Below are positions 21,342 through 31,895 of a stretch of DNA of 64,000 nt, piece after piece. The stretch covers positions 1,344,001-1,408,000 of the forward strand of contig OY820579.1 of assembly GCA_963681965.1 (NCBI GenBank). Reading direction: 5' to 3'. Under the pieces are notes generated by a model. That model searched no databases, was not told the origin of the DNA, and saw only the letters and a program-made list of their open reading frames with translations. The stretch's first letter is position 1; every line of letters begins with the position of its first letter. The translations under genes and the position numbers were made by a program. The stretch is from a bacterium. Lineage in GTDB: Bacteria; Electryoneota; JAOADG01.

Positions 21342-21752
21342 ATGATTGCTATCGACCGTGACGAACTGTTTCTGCACGCCACGACCGTACGCGCGAATGC
21401 ACGCGCGAAATACTCCGGGTTCGCAGTCGGAGCCGCGCTTCAATCTTCCGATGGCAAAATCTACGATGGCTGTAATGTCGAGAGTAGCAGTTATGGATTA
21501 TCGATCTGTGCAGAACGAGTTGCGTTAACGAAAGCGCTTTCCGAGGGTGCTTCAAACTTCTCTAGAATATTAGTTGTTGCCGACACGCCGACACCGGTAT
21601 CACCTTGTGGTGCATGCCGACAATTACTCCACGATTATGCACCCGATGCGGTAGTGATTATGGCTAATTTAGCTGGCGATTCGATCGAAATGAAGGTCAA
21701 GGAATTACTTCCTGCTGCATTCGACGATTCTTTCTTGTCCATACAAAAATAA
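21342..21752 (+). CDS. cdd: Cytidine deaminase
   Basis: YSGFAVGAAL, GCNVE, CAERVA, SPCGACRQ. Confidence 0.95.
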   Translation: MIAIDRDELFLHATTVRANARAKYSGFAVGAALQSSDGKIYDGCNVESSSYGLSICAERVALTKALSEGASNFSRILVVADTPTPVSPCGACRQLLHDYAPDAVVIMANLAGDSIEMKVKELLPAAFDDSFLSIQK

Positions 21753-21779
21753 TTCACTGTTTTTCACTGCGAGGATAGT

Positions 21780-22412
21780 TTGGAACGAGGAATTTTGATC
21801 GGTATCGCCGGAGGAACCGGCAGTGGAAAAACGTTAGTAGCGAAATCGATCTTCGAGCGACTTAGCTCGGAAGATGTAATGGTTATCCAGCAGGATTCCT
21901 ACTACCGCGATTTATCCCATCTACCCACCGAAGAACGCGCGAAATTCAATTTCGATCACCCACAGGCATTCGAACGCGAGTTGATGCTCCGTGATATCGA
22001 AGAGTTGCTTGCAGGTCGGACAATTCAATTACCGATTTACGATTATTCAAAACACACTCGCAAAACCGAGACGGTTTCGGTTGGACCGCACCACGTAATT
22101 GTGCTCGAAGGCATTCTAGTGCTGGATGATCCCGATCTTCGCGATTTGATGGATATTAAAGTCTATGTCGATACCGATGCCGATATTCGATTAGCACGAC
22201 GAATTCTGCGGGATATCAAGGAACGTGGGCGTGAAATCGATAACGTACTGCGGCAATATGAATCCACTGTTCGCGTGATGCATTTACAATTCGTCGAACC
22301 ATCCAAACGCTACGCCGACATCATTGTTCCCGAAGGGGGTTACAATCTGGTGGCAATCGATTTATTAGTCACTAAGATTCGCGATCTGTTATCGAAACGG
22401 GAGCGATCATGA
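21780..22412 (+). CDS. udk: Uridine kinase
   Basis: GIAGGTGSGKT, QDSYY, NFDHP, LEGIL, FVEPSKRYADII. Confidence 0.95.
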   Translation: MERGILIGIAGGTGSGKTLVAKSIFERLSSEDVMVIQQDSYYRDLSHLPTEERAKFNFDHPQAFERELMLRDIEELLAGRTIQLPIYDYSKHTRKTETVSVGPHHVIVLEGILVLDDPDLRDLMDIKVYVDTDADIRLARRILRDIKERGREIDNVLRQYESTVRVMHLQFVEPSKRYADIIVPEGGYNLVAIDLLVTKIRDLLSKRERS

Positions 22413-23002
22413 ACATTATTCACACCGATCACGGCTGGCTCGAAGTAATTGTCGGACCGATGTTTTCCGGAAAAACCGAGGAATTGATCCGACGAGTTCG
22501 TCGCGCGGCTATTGCGGGACAGACTGTTGGAGTATTCAAACCGGCTATCGATCAACGGTACGATGTATCCGATATTGTTTCGCATTCCGAAATCCATTTC
22601 CCTTCGAATCCAGTCACCTCGGCTGATGAAATTTACCAGCAATCGCAAAACTTGAAAGTGGTTGGGATCGACGAAGGACAATTTCTCGGTAATGGGCTGG
22701 TACCAGTAGTGGAAGCAATGATTGCCGAGCGCAAACGCGTGATTATTGCCGGTCTTGATTTGGATTATCGCGGCGAACCGTTCGAACCGATGCCATACTT
22801 CATGTCGACTGCCGAGTATCTCGACAAAATTCTGGCAATCTGTATCCGGTGTGGAGAACCCGCTTCACGTACTCAACGGATGAGAGCTGGTGGTGAACGA
22901 GTCGTCGTTGGCGCAAAAGATCTTTATGAAGCGCGGTGCCGAAGTTGTTGGACAAATCCAGATGCAATCTCCAAGCCTGTTGACGCACCCAAAATTCTCT
23001 AA
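22409..23002 (+). CDS. tdk: Thymidine kinase
   Basis: GPMFSGKTEELIRR, IDEGQF, AGLDLDYRGEPF, C..C and YEARCRSC zinc site. Confidence 0.95.
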   Translation: MNIIHTDHGWLEVIVGPMFSGKTEELIRRVRRAAIAGQTVGVFKPAIDQRYDVSDIVSHSEIHFPSNPVTSADEIYQQSQNLKVVGIDEGQFLGNGLVPVVEAMIAERKRVIIAGLDLDYRGEPFEPMPYFMSTAEYLDKILAICIRCGEPASRTQRMRAGGERVVVGAKDLYEARCRSCWTNPDAISKPVDAPKIL

Positions 23003-23101
23003 CCAGTCAATATACTGATTATTAAAATATTATAGCAAAAAGCGCTGTCGTGGTTACAGTGCGTATTACATGATGTACCTGTTTTATTTACTGAGGATGT
23101 A

Positions 23102-23959
23102 ATGGTAAAATTGGAAACTACAGATCATCCCGATTTGACGCCTATTCTGTCATATATCAAGCACAGGTTTGAGCTAGAAAGAAAACAACTGTGGAAACCG
23201 GTTGAAATTGGAGTTGTACTTGGTTCGGGATTGGGTGCTCTATCTGAACAAGTAGAAGAGCCTGTGGTTATTCCAACTTCTGATTTACCCGATTACCCGG
23301 TATCGACAGTACCGGGGCATGCCGGAAAGCTATTCATCGGGATGCTCGCCGGAAGGCGCGTCGCGCTCTTTTCCGGACGTGTTCATTATTATGAAGGGTA
23401 TACTCCGCAACATGTAGTGATGCCATTGCGAGTACTGCATGGACTTGGAGCGATGGGATATCTGGTAACCAATGCGTCCGGAGGCATTCGCGACGATCTT
23501 GGTCCCGGAACACTGATGCAAATTACCGATCACATCAATCTGATGGGTATGAATCCACTACGCGGTCTGCACCAGCCGGATTTGGGTCCTCGCTTTCCCG
23601 ATATGTCGACCGCCTACACACCGGAATGGGCGAAAATTGCTCATGAAGTTGCTGTCGAATTAGGTATCCCATTAAATAGTGGAGTGCTGGGGGCGTTAAG
23701 CGGACCAACTTACGAAACGCCAGCCGAAGTTCGCATGTGGCGAGCAGTCGGTGTCGATGCCGCATGTATGAGTACCGTTCCGGAAGTCATTGTCGCTTCT
23801 TCGCTCGGGATGAAAGTATTGGGAATTTCCTGTATCACCAATAAGGCTGCAGGACTATCCGATCAACCGTTGAATCACGCCGAAGTGACTGAGGTTGCGA
23901 ATCGTGTGCGTGATCGCTTTATCAAACTCCTGCTGGGAGTATTGCCACGCTTGCAATAA
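23102..23959 (+). CDS. punA: Purine-nucleoside phosphorylase (trimeric type)
   Basis: VLGSGLG, STVPGHAG, GRVHYYEG, TNASGG, GPTYETPAE, MSTVPE. Confidence 0.9.
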   Translation: MVKLETTDHPDLTPILSYIKHRFELERKQLWKPVEIGVVLGSGLGALSEQVEEPVVIPTSDLPDYPVSTVPGHAGKLFIGMLAGRRVALFSGRVHYYEGYTPQHVVMPLRVLHGLGAMGYLVTNASGGIRDDLGPGTLMQITDHINLMGMNPLRGLHQPDLGPRFPDMSTAYTPEWAKIAHEVAVELGIPLNSGVLGALSGPTYETPAEVRMWRAVGVDAACMSTVPEVIVASSLGMKVLGISCITNKAAGLSDQPLNHAEVTEVANRVRDRFIKLLLGVLPRLQ

Positions 23960-23997
23960 TCAAGCATCGACCAATCTTCGTTAATCTGATCGTTACA

Positions 23998-25488
23998 ATG
24001 ATGGTTGCGATCGGTTTCGTAGGATCGAGTGCCGTGGCGCAAGGACGCTACCCGCCAAATTCTTGGGAGACTTGGCGAAATCCCGGTAGAATCGACCGGA
24101 TTGTCGTGACCAATTACGAAACTTTCGTTGTTGCACAAAATGGAATCTGGGTCTGGGATCGTTTGCATGAACGATGGGATGTCCCTTATACGATTGTTCA
24201 AAGTTTTTCCGAAGCGATAAATTTATCCAATATTCAAAGCATTCACCTCGAAGGTACCGAACACCTCTTTGTAAAAACCAGAGACGGCGTGATTGTTCGC
24301 GAGGGACGTGACCGAAATTGGTCGCGGATGGTATTTTCCGATTCCATTCCTTACGATACATCACTAACGATCCCGATCAAGCCCCATTTGGAAAATTGGA
24401 TGGCTCCTCCACAGTGGACCATCTTTCCCGATGGTCGTGCATTATACTCCGATGATAATTGGTACCATTGGAGAAATGCATTCATCGACAATCGAAGCGA
24501 TCTTTGGTCGATTATCGACAATGTCGGTGTCGTTCACGGCAGGGATCAATCGCACCGGTGGTCGATGAACCAACTTGGTCCATCGGTATCAACGATAAAA
24601 TCCATTGCTCGGAACCGTAATGGCTGGGTAGTCGCGAGTGGGGGAGCGGGAATTTCTTTTTTCATCGAATCCAATCGCGAGTGGACTTGGTGTAAACCAC
24701 TGGCAAATCGGTTTCAGTTATCATCCCGAGCGATTAACGATGTGGCAGTTACCGATGGCGATACCTATTGGTTAGCTACTAATATAGGTGTATTGACTGG
24801 ACGACAGGATAATCCCGATTGGGATTTAATCGACGATTTTCGCTCGATTCACGTTTCTAGCATACTGCCGACACCCTATGGTATTGCTTGCGGAACGGAT
24901 CGCGGTATCGAAATGATCGGACCCAACCGATCGATACACATACTCTATGAATCGTCTAATCGAGTCCTGAATGTGAATCAATTGGCTATTGATTCCGATA
25001 CACTTTTTTGTGCCACTAATCTGGGTATGTTAAAAATTATTTTGACTTCGGGTCAAACGTCATTCCTTCCCGGTCCACCCGGTATCGCTAGCGACAGTTG
25101 GATGTCGATCGCCGTCACACCCAGCGAAATGTGGGTCGGGGGATATCGCGGTGCGGCGGCGTTCGACCGTAGCAGTGGAAAATGGGCTTCTTGGTCGTCA
25201 AGCACTTATTTCAACGATTCTTCGATCAATGCGATTGCTGCAACCGATAGCACGGTTTGGTTGGGTGGTTCCAAAGGTCTCTTTCGAATTGACCGCGATC
25301 CTAGTGGTCGGCTGGAAAATGATCCCAATGCGAAAGTGTCACCGAGAGTGAATCGCTATACGGTCAAAGATGGATTACCTGAGAATGAGATCTACCGTAT
25401 CGTTCTTGACGGAAACCGTCTGGTGATGGCGACACAGGGTGGTTTTTGTACCTTCCGGTATCTTCATGAGGGTCGGATTCTGGAATGA
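23998..25488 (+). CDS. Secreted beta-propeller protein (two-component-regulator-propeller-like repeats)
   Basis: Repeats such as INDVAVTDGDTYWLATNIGV, LFCATNLGM, VWLGGSKGL, YTVKDGLPENEI. The true start may lie upstream (see findings). Confidence 0.65.
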   Translation: MMVAIGFVGSSAVAQGRYPPNSWETWRNPGRIDRIVVTNYETFVVAQNGIWVWDRLHERWDVPYTIVQSFSEAINLSNIQSIHLEGTEHLFVKTRDGVIVREGRDRNWSRMVFSDSIPYDTSLTIPIKPHLENWMAPPQWTIFPDGRALYSDDNWYHWRNAFIDNRSDLWSIIDNVGVVHGRDQSHRWSMNQLGPSVSTIKSIARNRNGWVVASGGAGISFFIESNREWTWCKPLANRFQLSSRAINDVAVTDGDTYWLATNIGVLTGRQDNPDWDLIDDFRSIHVSSILPTPYGIACGTDRGIEMIGPNRSIHILYESSNRVLNVNQLAIDSDTLFCATNLGMLKIILTSGQTSFLPGPPGIASDSWMSIAVTPSEMWVGGYRGAAAFDRSSGKWASWSSSTYFNDSSINAIAATDSTVWLGGSKGLFRIDRDPSGRLENDPNAKVSPRVNRYTVKDGLPENEIYRIVLDGNRLVMATQGGFCTFRYLHEGRILE

Positions 25489-26522
25489 AACGCTGTATTG
25501 TATTGATCGTCGTTATCTTGGTAATCGTCTGTGGCACTCTTTCGCAAGCGATTGCTGCTTCCAATTCCTACCCGGTATCGCTCGATGTCGATCGGATTAT
25601 GCGCAGTGCAATCGACGATGTTATCGAGCAGCATTATACTCACGCGTTTTCTCTTGCCGACAGTATTGCCAATATTTCGACCGGTCCCGAAGCATGGGCA
25701 CTCCGCGCGATGATTTATCAAGCTTGGATCATCGACTATGAATCATTCGATCGTGTCGATGAGTTCTATCGAGCGGTCGATTCTACCGAAGAACGCGCGA
25801 ATCAACTTCTGAATAGCTATCCTGCCTTTGCTTATCTCTCACTTGGATTGGTTAATGGATTTCGGGCTTCGATTTTGCTTCGGCAGGATCGCAATATCGC
25901 CAGCGTCAAAGCTGCAATATCAATGAAATCGGCATTGGAAAAAGCCATAACCATCGATCCAACACTGACCGATTGTTACGTCGGACTCGGGAGCTACGAT
26001 TATTGGTCGTCGCGAAAACTGAATTTCCTTCCGTTTTTTGGTGATCGTCGCGATCGGGGAATCAGTCGGTTGAAAACGGCACTGGAAACGAGTAAGCTGC
26101 ATTCTGCTAGCGCGGCGACGGCACTAATCTGGATCTATATTGACCGGGGTGATGGACGAATTGCGCTCAAAATGGCAGAAGATCAACTCCAACGATACCC
26201 TTCGGCGCGAAGTTTTATGTGGGCGGCTGCCGAAGCGGCGTATGCCATCGGTGATTGGAAAGTCGGAATCGAATATTACCAAAAAATATTAGCGAGTTGT
26301 CTTGCCGATCCTATTCAAGGAAATAATTTTAATATCATGAGTTGTTACCACAGTTTGGCAGAGATGTACCAAAAAATCGGTGAACCGGAAAACGCGAAAG
26401 ATTGTATTCGAAAGGCAATGAAATTGCACTTGACCGATGAAATTAGAGATCGCAAAAAGATTGATCTAGCCGATTTTCAAAAGTGGTGGCTGGAATTAAC
26501 TGGATCTGATTATCGTGATTGA
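25485..26522 (+). CDS. Secreted tetratricopeptide-repeat protein
   Basis: Signal peptide; helical TPR-like repeats (LEKAITIDPTLTDCYVGLGSYDYW, YHSLAEMYQKIGEPENAKDCIRKAM). Confidence 0.7.
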   Translation: MKRCIVLIVVILVIVCGTLSQAIAASNSYPVSLDVDRIMRSAIDDVIEQHYTHAFSLADSIANISTGPEAWALRAMIYQAWIIDYESFDRVDEFYRAVDSTEERANQLLNSYPAFAYLSLGLVNGFRASILLRQDRNIASVKAAISMKSALEKAITIDPTLTDCYVGLGSYDYWSSRKLNFLPFFGDRRDRGISRLKTALETSKLHSASAATALIWIYIDRGDGRIALKMAEDQLQRYPSARSFMWAAAEAAYAIGDWKVGIEYYQKILASCLADPIQGNNFNIMSCYHSLAEMYQKIGEPENAKDCIRKAMKLHLTDEIRDRKKIDLADFQKWWLELTGSDYRD

Positions 26523-28050
26523 TTTTCTTACAGAAACTGAACGAACGTTGTTGCAGCGAATCGCCAACGTAGCAACCGAGCGAAATATTCCGCTCAGGAT
26601 TGTTGGTGGTTTTGTGCGCGATCGCTTGTTGCAAGCTGATAACCGATTGCTCACTCCGTTGAAACCGGAAATCGACTTTGTCACAACCAGTAATGCGATC
26701 GAGTTTTCCGAAGCATTGGCGGCAACGCTCCCCGGATCGCGCAGCTATACCTATGGTCACTTCGGTACGGCTCGCGTTGATTGGGCAGGATGGGCGCTTG
26801 AATTCGCAACGGCACGTACCGAATCGTACCACACCGACAGCCGGAATCCAGAAGTTACTCCCACCGATTTCGAGACCGATACTGCGCGCCGGGATTTCAC
26901 GGTGAATGCGATATCGTGGGGAATTACCGGCGATGAATATGGTGTCTTATTCGATCCCTTCGGTGGACTGCGCGACTTGGAGCAAAGGATACTTCGAACT
27001 CCACTTGATCCCGAAAAAACTTTTTCCGACGATCCACTCCGAATGATGCGTGCCGCCCGATTTGTCGCGAAACTTAACTTCCAACTAGAACCTGACACTG
27101 AACAAGGTATTCGCGATCAAGCGGACCGTATCCTGATCGTTCATGCCGAACGGACACTCGACGAATTTCTTCAAATGATGAGTGCTCCAAAACCGCATCT
27201 GGGACTTCAAGTACTCATCCGTACCGGAGTGTTGCAACAGTTACTCCCGGAAATCATGGCTCTCGATGGAGTCGATCAGCGTGGTCGGCATAGTCACAAA
27301 GACGTACTAGCGCACACTCTGCAAGTTGTTGAGAATGCAGCCTCTCTCACCGACGATCTCGTTGTTCGATTAGCGGCGTTATTCCATGATGTAGCGAAAC
27401 CTGCGACCAAAAAATTTGTTCCCGGCTCCGGTTGGACTTTTCACGGTCACGAGATCCTCGGCTCTAAAGTGATCAACCGCATCTTTCGTAGATTACACTT
27501 TTCCAATCAATTAACTAAACAAGTTAGTCGTGTGACGCGTCTGCACATGCGCCCCGTTTTTTTGTCGCAAGAAGGAGTGACTGACAGTGCAGTTCGTCGG
27601 TTGCGGGTGGATGCCGGAGATGATCTGGAACGGTTATTGAAACTCTGTCGAGCCGATATCACCAGCGGAAATCCGCAACGGGTGCAACAATATCTCCGAA
27701 ATTATCAACAAATGGTAATAAGGTTGGATTTGGTCGATAAACGCGACCATCTTAGTACGTTCCAATCGCCAATACGTGGCGATGAGATTGCCGAACTGTT
27801 TGGAGTTCCGCCCGGACCGCGGATCGGAATGATCAAAAGCGCTGTCGAGGAAGCCATTCTCGATGGTGAGATTCCGAATAAGTACGAAAATGCGAAACAG
27901 TGGTTGATGGAACGTAAGGAGTTTTTCTTGGCACAACCTGAAACACGCGTCCGTCGCAAATCGCTCGACGATCTCGACGAACGACAATTGGAACGAATGT
28001 TACAAGTTACCAGGGAGCAACACCATGGAAGAGATGTTACAAACGAGTAA
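26515..28050 (+). CDS. CCA tRNA nucleotidyltransferase / poly(A) polymerase family with HD domain
   Basis: VGGFVRD, EIDF, EFATARTESY, RRDFTVNA, FSDDPLRMMRAARF, FHDVAKP. Confidence 0.9.
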   Translation: MIDFLTETERTLLQRIANVATERNIPLRIVGGFVRDRLLQADNRLLTPLKPEIDFVTTSNAIEFSEALAATLPGSRSYTYGHFGTARVDWAGWALEFATARTESYHTDSRNPEVTPTDFETDTARRDFTVNAISWGITGDEYGVLFDPFGGLRDLEQRILRTPLDPEKTFSDDPLRMMRAARFVAKLNFQLEPDTEQGIRDQADRILIVHAERTLDEFLQMMSAPKPHLGLQVLIRTGVLQQLLPEIMALDGVDQRGRHSHKDVLAHTLQVVENAASLTDDLVVRLAALFHDVAKPATKKFVPGSGWTFHGHEILGSKVINRIFRRLHFSNQLTKQVSRVTRLHMRPVFLSQEGVTDSAVRRLRVDAGDDLERLLKLCRADITSGNPQRVQQYLRNYQQMVIRLDLVDKRDHLSTFQSPIRGDEIAELFGVPPGPRIGMIKSAVEEAILDGEIPNKYENAKQWLMERKEFFLAQPETRVRRKSLDDLDERQLERMLQVTREQHHGRDVTNE

Positions 28051-28807
28051 TAATCCTGTGGAACCGGTCATTGAACCAGTGAATCAATTGCCATCCGATC
28101 CACCATCCACAATCGGGCAAATGCTTGGTTACGTATTTTCCGACCCGATGAAGTTGGGAAATGCAATTATGATCAAATCGCACTGGTGGGTGCCGTTTTT
28201 GATTTGCGGAATTCTTTCCGGTATTTCGGCTTTCTTGACGCAAGATCAGGTGATGGCTTTGTCGGAAAAAGCCATGCGCGATTCCTTCAGCAAACAGAAT
28301 GTGCAAATGACCGAAGATCAGATTGAGACAATTGTCAATGCTTCGAAGACTGCCATGAAAGTTATCCTGCCGTTACAAGGATTCATCGGTCCGATGATCA
28401 TGGCGTTGGTGGGTGGATTGATTTTCATGTTTGTCTGCAATCTGCTGATGGGTGGAAAAGTAAAATTTGCCCACATCTTTGCCGGATTAATGTGGGTCAG
28501 TTTGCTATTCACAGCAAGTACGGTCATCAAAACACCGCTCATTATCATGCAGAACAGCGCGATGGTTGCAATAGGACCCGCTGTGTTACTCCCGGAAGGG
28601 ACGACATCAGGATTTATGTTTGTGCTTTTATCCGGACTCGATTTATTCATGGTCTGGCAAGTTTTAGCATTCGGTGTGGTGTTATCTGCCTTCTACCAGT
28701 GGAGTAAGGGTAAGGGAATGACCGTTTCGGTGGCTATATATATGGGCTTCATCTTGATCGCCGCAGCACTCAGCGCGATGGGGAGTGGTGGCATTAAAGT
28801 CGGATAA
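28025..28807 (+). CDS. Yip1-family (YknW-like) membrane protein
   Basis: VFSDP start of the domain, about five TM helices with a periplasmic loop, LDLFMVW; lies upstream of a MacAB-TolC-like operon. Confidence 0.75.
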   Translation: MEEMLQTSNNPVEPVIEPVNQLPSDPPSTIGQMLGYVFSDPMKLGNAIMIKSHWWVPFLICGILSGISAFLTQDQVMALSEKAMRDSFSKQNVQMTEDQIETIVNASKTAMKVILPLQGFIGPMIMALVGGLIFMFVCNLLMGGKVKFAHIFAGLMWVSLLFTASTVIKTPLIIMQNSAMVAIGPAVLLPEGTTSGFMFVLLSGLDLFMVWQVLAFGVVLSAFYQWSKGKGMTVSVAIYMGFILIAAALSAMGSGGIKVG

Positions 28808-28829
28808 TTCGACCTCGAAGATGCGATCG

Positions 28830-28863
28830 ATGGGGCGCATTACAGCGCCCCATTTGCTTTTTT
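28830..28863 (+). terminator. Intrinsic terminator
   Basis: ATGGGGCGC-attaca-GCGCCCCAT followed by TTGCTTTTTT. Confidence 0.7.
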
Positions 28864-29294
28864 ATCTGCTGAAGTACATTAACTAGCCTGAAATCATGCA
28901 ATCTGAACCGGTTCTTGTCGTCTAAGAATTAGATGCTTAGGGTTGATTTGTCGATTTTGTGGTTGATTTCGACAATCCGATGTTGCGGAAGAGTACAATC
29001 GGAAACTAATCGATCTTGAGCGCTGTTTATTAAGTGTCCAAAGTTACTAAATTACCTGTGATTGATACTTGAATCGATAACCTTCTCCGTGTAAAGGGTC
29101 AAAATCCCATTTTACCAGTTTACCGATTCCACTGTCTAACTGAAGAACAAGATCGCACTTTCTCAAAAGAGAGGTGATGGCTTGTATATTCTGCAACCTT
29201 TTTATTCACCATCGTCACTTACACTTCGAACGACGATGATCTGTAACTCAGTGTGATATTCGCTTCACACTAGCTGAGATTTCGGGAGGAAACG

Positions 29295-30623
29295 TTGATT
29301 CGGTTTACATTACTCTGCTCAATTCTTGTCATAGCGGTTTTAATTCCCGCACTAGCTTTTGCCGCTGACCCAGCGCGCTTCGATCGCGAAAATCCGCAGA
29401 CCTTCGACGATTTATTCCGACAGGCAACGAAAACTAATCAATCGTATCGCTCGTCGTGGGAAGAACAAGTGATTGCCAAGTACACGCTGATGAAAGCGTG
29501 GGGCGATTTTATCCCCAGTGCCAGTACCCGTGCGAATTTCTCGAACAGTCATTCTTCTTCTCCGAATGCTCTGGGAATCGTTGGCTCGGACAATAGCAGC
29601 TCTAGCAGTTACAGTGCATCGTTGTCGTTGCCGATTTGGGATGGTGGTGCACGATACGGTGTCCTTAATAATGCTCGAATCGGTGCGAAATCCGCTCCGC
29701 TAATTCTTACTCAAGCGGAATGGCAACTTGCCTATTCACTCCATGCGGCATTGAATGCGGCAGTGGCTGCTACGGAAATGGTGAAGACTGCTCGTAGTTC
29801 GGTGTCGTTGAAACAGGAACTCCTTCGTTTAGCCGATGCGAAATACCGTTTGGGTGCAACGACCGAAATCGATGTATTGTCGACACAAGTGCAGTTGAAC
29901 AATGCCCAGACATCGTTGTTGCAAGCAGTTCAAGATTCCATTTTGTCACGAGTGAAATTAAATCAGGTGATCGGTGTTGCCGCGAATAGCACCTATCCAT
30001 TAGCCGAAATCGAAGATCGAACTTACGTGATTCCCGAGATTGAAAGTATCGTATCCGAAGCGAAACAGCATTCTCCGCAGGGAATTTTGGCGAATTATGA
30101 ACTCGAACGTTCGAAAAATGACTATCGTATTGCGAATGCCGCTTGGTATCCCCAAGTCGACTTATCGCAATCGTTCAATTGGTCGAATTCCGCCGATGAA
30201 GCGAATAAGTGGACTACTGCTACCCAAAATAAAAGCCAGACCTTAGGTTTATCAGTAAGTTTGCCAATATTCACTGGTTTTCAGCGAGTAGCGACGACAC
30301 AAACCGCGAAAATTGCGAAAAAAACTTCGGTATTGGATCATCAAAGTAAAATGTTGCAAATCGACGAATCGGTTCGCGACTACTATTATCGATTAGTTCG
30401 TGCGAAAGAACAGATAACCAGCGCACAGTCTAATGTCGAATTAGCCAGAAGACAACGGGAATTGGAACAGGAACGGTATCGCGTCGGTTCGTCGACGTTG
30501 CTGAATGTTCAAAACGCTCAGGATGCCGAACTTACGTCGCAGGTTCAATTGATCAATTCAAGATTGAATGAACGAACGACGAAAGCCCTTCTGGAATCGA
30601 CCATCGGACGTGCATTACAATAG
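29295..30623 (+). CDS. TolC-family outer-membrane efflux protein
   Basis: Signal peptide; two OEP repeats (LSLPIWDGG...KYRLGATTEIDVL; VSLPIFTG...RYRVGSSTLLNV); TTG start with GGGAGG. Confidence 0.9.
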   Translation: MIRFTLLCSILVIAVLIPALAFAADPARFDRENPQTFDDLFRQATKTNQSYRSSWEEQVIAKYTLMKAWGDFIPSASTRANFSNSHSSSPNALGIVGSDNSSSSSYSASLSLPIWDGGARYGVLNNARIGAKSAPLILTQAEWQLAYSLHAALNAAVAATEMVKTARSSVSLKQELLRLADAKYRLGATTEIDVLSTQVQLNNAQTSLLQAVQDSILSRVKLNQVIGVAANSTYPLAEIEDRTYVIPEIESIVSEAKQHSPQGILANYELERSKNDYRIANAAWYPQVDLSQSFNWSNSADEANKWTTATQNKSQTLGLSVSLPIFTGFQRVATTQTAKIAKKTSVLDHQSKMLQIDESVRDYYYRLVRAKEQITSAQSNVELARRQRELEQERYRVGSSTLLNVQNAQDAELTSQVQLINSRLNERTTKALLESTIGRALQ

Positions 30624-30634
30624 AAGCGGAATGC

Positions 30635-31891
30635 ATGATGCTGAAGAATAAGAAAGTCTTGTGGATCTCACTCGCGGTACTACTGGTTGGTGGTGCAGTT
30701 GGCGCTAATTTTTACCGTCAGCGAGACACTGGACCCGAATCGAAGTGGGCAGTTGCGAAACAGGGAACACTGGTTGAGACCGTCTCGGGCAGTGGTCGCG
30801 TACAAAGCGAATTGGGCGTGAAGGTCTCGGCACAAGTCGCAGGGAAAATTATCCGCCTTGCTGCAAAAGAAGGAGATCATGTAACCCGTGGTCAATTCCT
30901 TGCCCAGTTGGATCGCGAGACCTATCAGGCAGTGCTTGATCGAACCCAATCGTCACTTACTTCGGCACGTGCCAATCTTGTCAAAGCTACGGCAGATGTT
31001 CGTCGATTACGCGATTTGTCAGAAAAGAGATTGGTCAGCACCAGCGAACTCGAAACGGCGGAAGCGAATCTCTCGCAAAATACCGGAATGGTTGAGCAGG
31101 GTGAAGCGGCATTGAAAGAAGCGCGCGACGCATTTTCGAAAACGACGATCGTTGCGCCGGTCGAAGGGGTTATCACCGACATCCGGAAAAAAGAAGGTGA
31201 ATTAACTCTCGGTGCACAGTTTCAGGAAGATGTCATTCTGGTGATCAGCGATCTCGGTCGGATGACGGTCGAAACCAATATCGACGAAAACGATGTAGTG
31301 AAAGTCAAAATCGGTGACTCGACGCGAGTTCTTGTCGATGCATTTCCCGATACAATTTTGATCGGGCACGTCACTGAAATTGCGCATACGGCACAAGTTT
31401 CCGGTGCAGGAACGCAGGACCAAGTCACGAATTTCCTAGTCAAGATCCGCTTGGATCAGACGCTCCCAACGCTTCGCCCCGGTATGAGCGCGACCGTTGA
31501 CGTTGTTACGGATGTTCGCGACGATGCGATCTTCGTGCCGATTCAATCGATTACCGTCCGGCAGGAAGCATTGGAAAAAAATCAAATTGAAACTGGTTCC
31601 GATGTGACAACTCAGGCACAAAAACGTTTATCCGATCGTTTGAAGCGTGAGAAATTGCCGGAAGTCGTGTTCCGTTACGATCATGGAAAAGCGGTAAAAG
31701 TACCAGTGATTACCGGCATCGCATCGAACCTCGATATTCAGATCAAGCATGGAGTCGCAATCGGCGATACCATTATCACCGGACCCTATCGCTTGGTTTC
31801 GCGCGATCTGAAAGAAGGCGATAAAGTCAAATTGGAAGATCCGAAGAAAAAAGAAGAAGAGCGGATCAAGCGGATGAAAGAAGGGAAGTAA
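30635..31891 (+). CDS. MacA/HlyD-type periplasmic adaptor
   Basis: [48 protein letters not shown]. Confidence 0.9.
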   Translation: MMLKNKKVLWISLAVLLVGGAVGANFYRQRDTGPESKWAVAKQGTLVETVSGSGRVQSELGVKVSAQVAGKIIRLAAKEGDHVTRGQFLAQLDRETYQAVLDRTQSSLTSARANLVKATADVRRLRDLSEKRLVSTSELETAEANLSQNTGMVEQGEAALKEARDAFSKTTIVAPVEGVITDIRKKEGELTLGAQFQEDVILVISDLGRMTVETNIDENDVVKVKIGDSTRVLVDAFPDTILIGHVTEIAHTAQVSGAGTQDQVTNFLVKIRLDQTLPTLRPGMSATVDVVTDVRDDAIFVPIQSITVRQEALEKNQIETGSDVTTQAQKRLSDRLKREKLPEVVFRYDHGKAVKVPVITGIASNLDIQIKHGVAIGDTIITGPYRLVSRDLKEGDKVKLEDPKKKEEERIKRMKEGK

Positions 31892-31895
31892 TCGC

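Noticed and set aside
26668-26679. ExD instead of DxD in the nucleotidyltransferase catalytic motif
   Set aside because: Conservative acidic substitution with all other motifs intact; not enough to claim a changed function.
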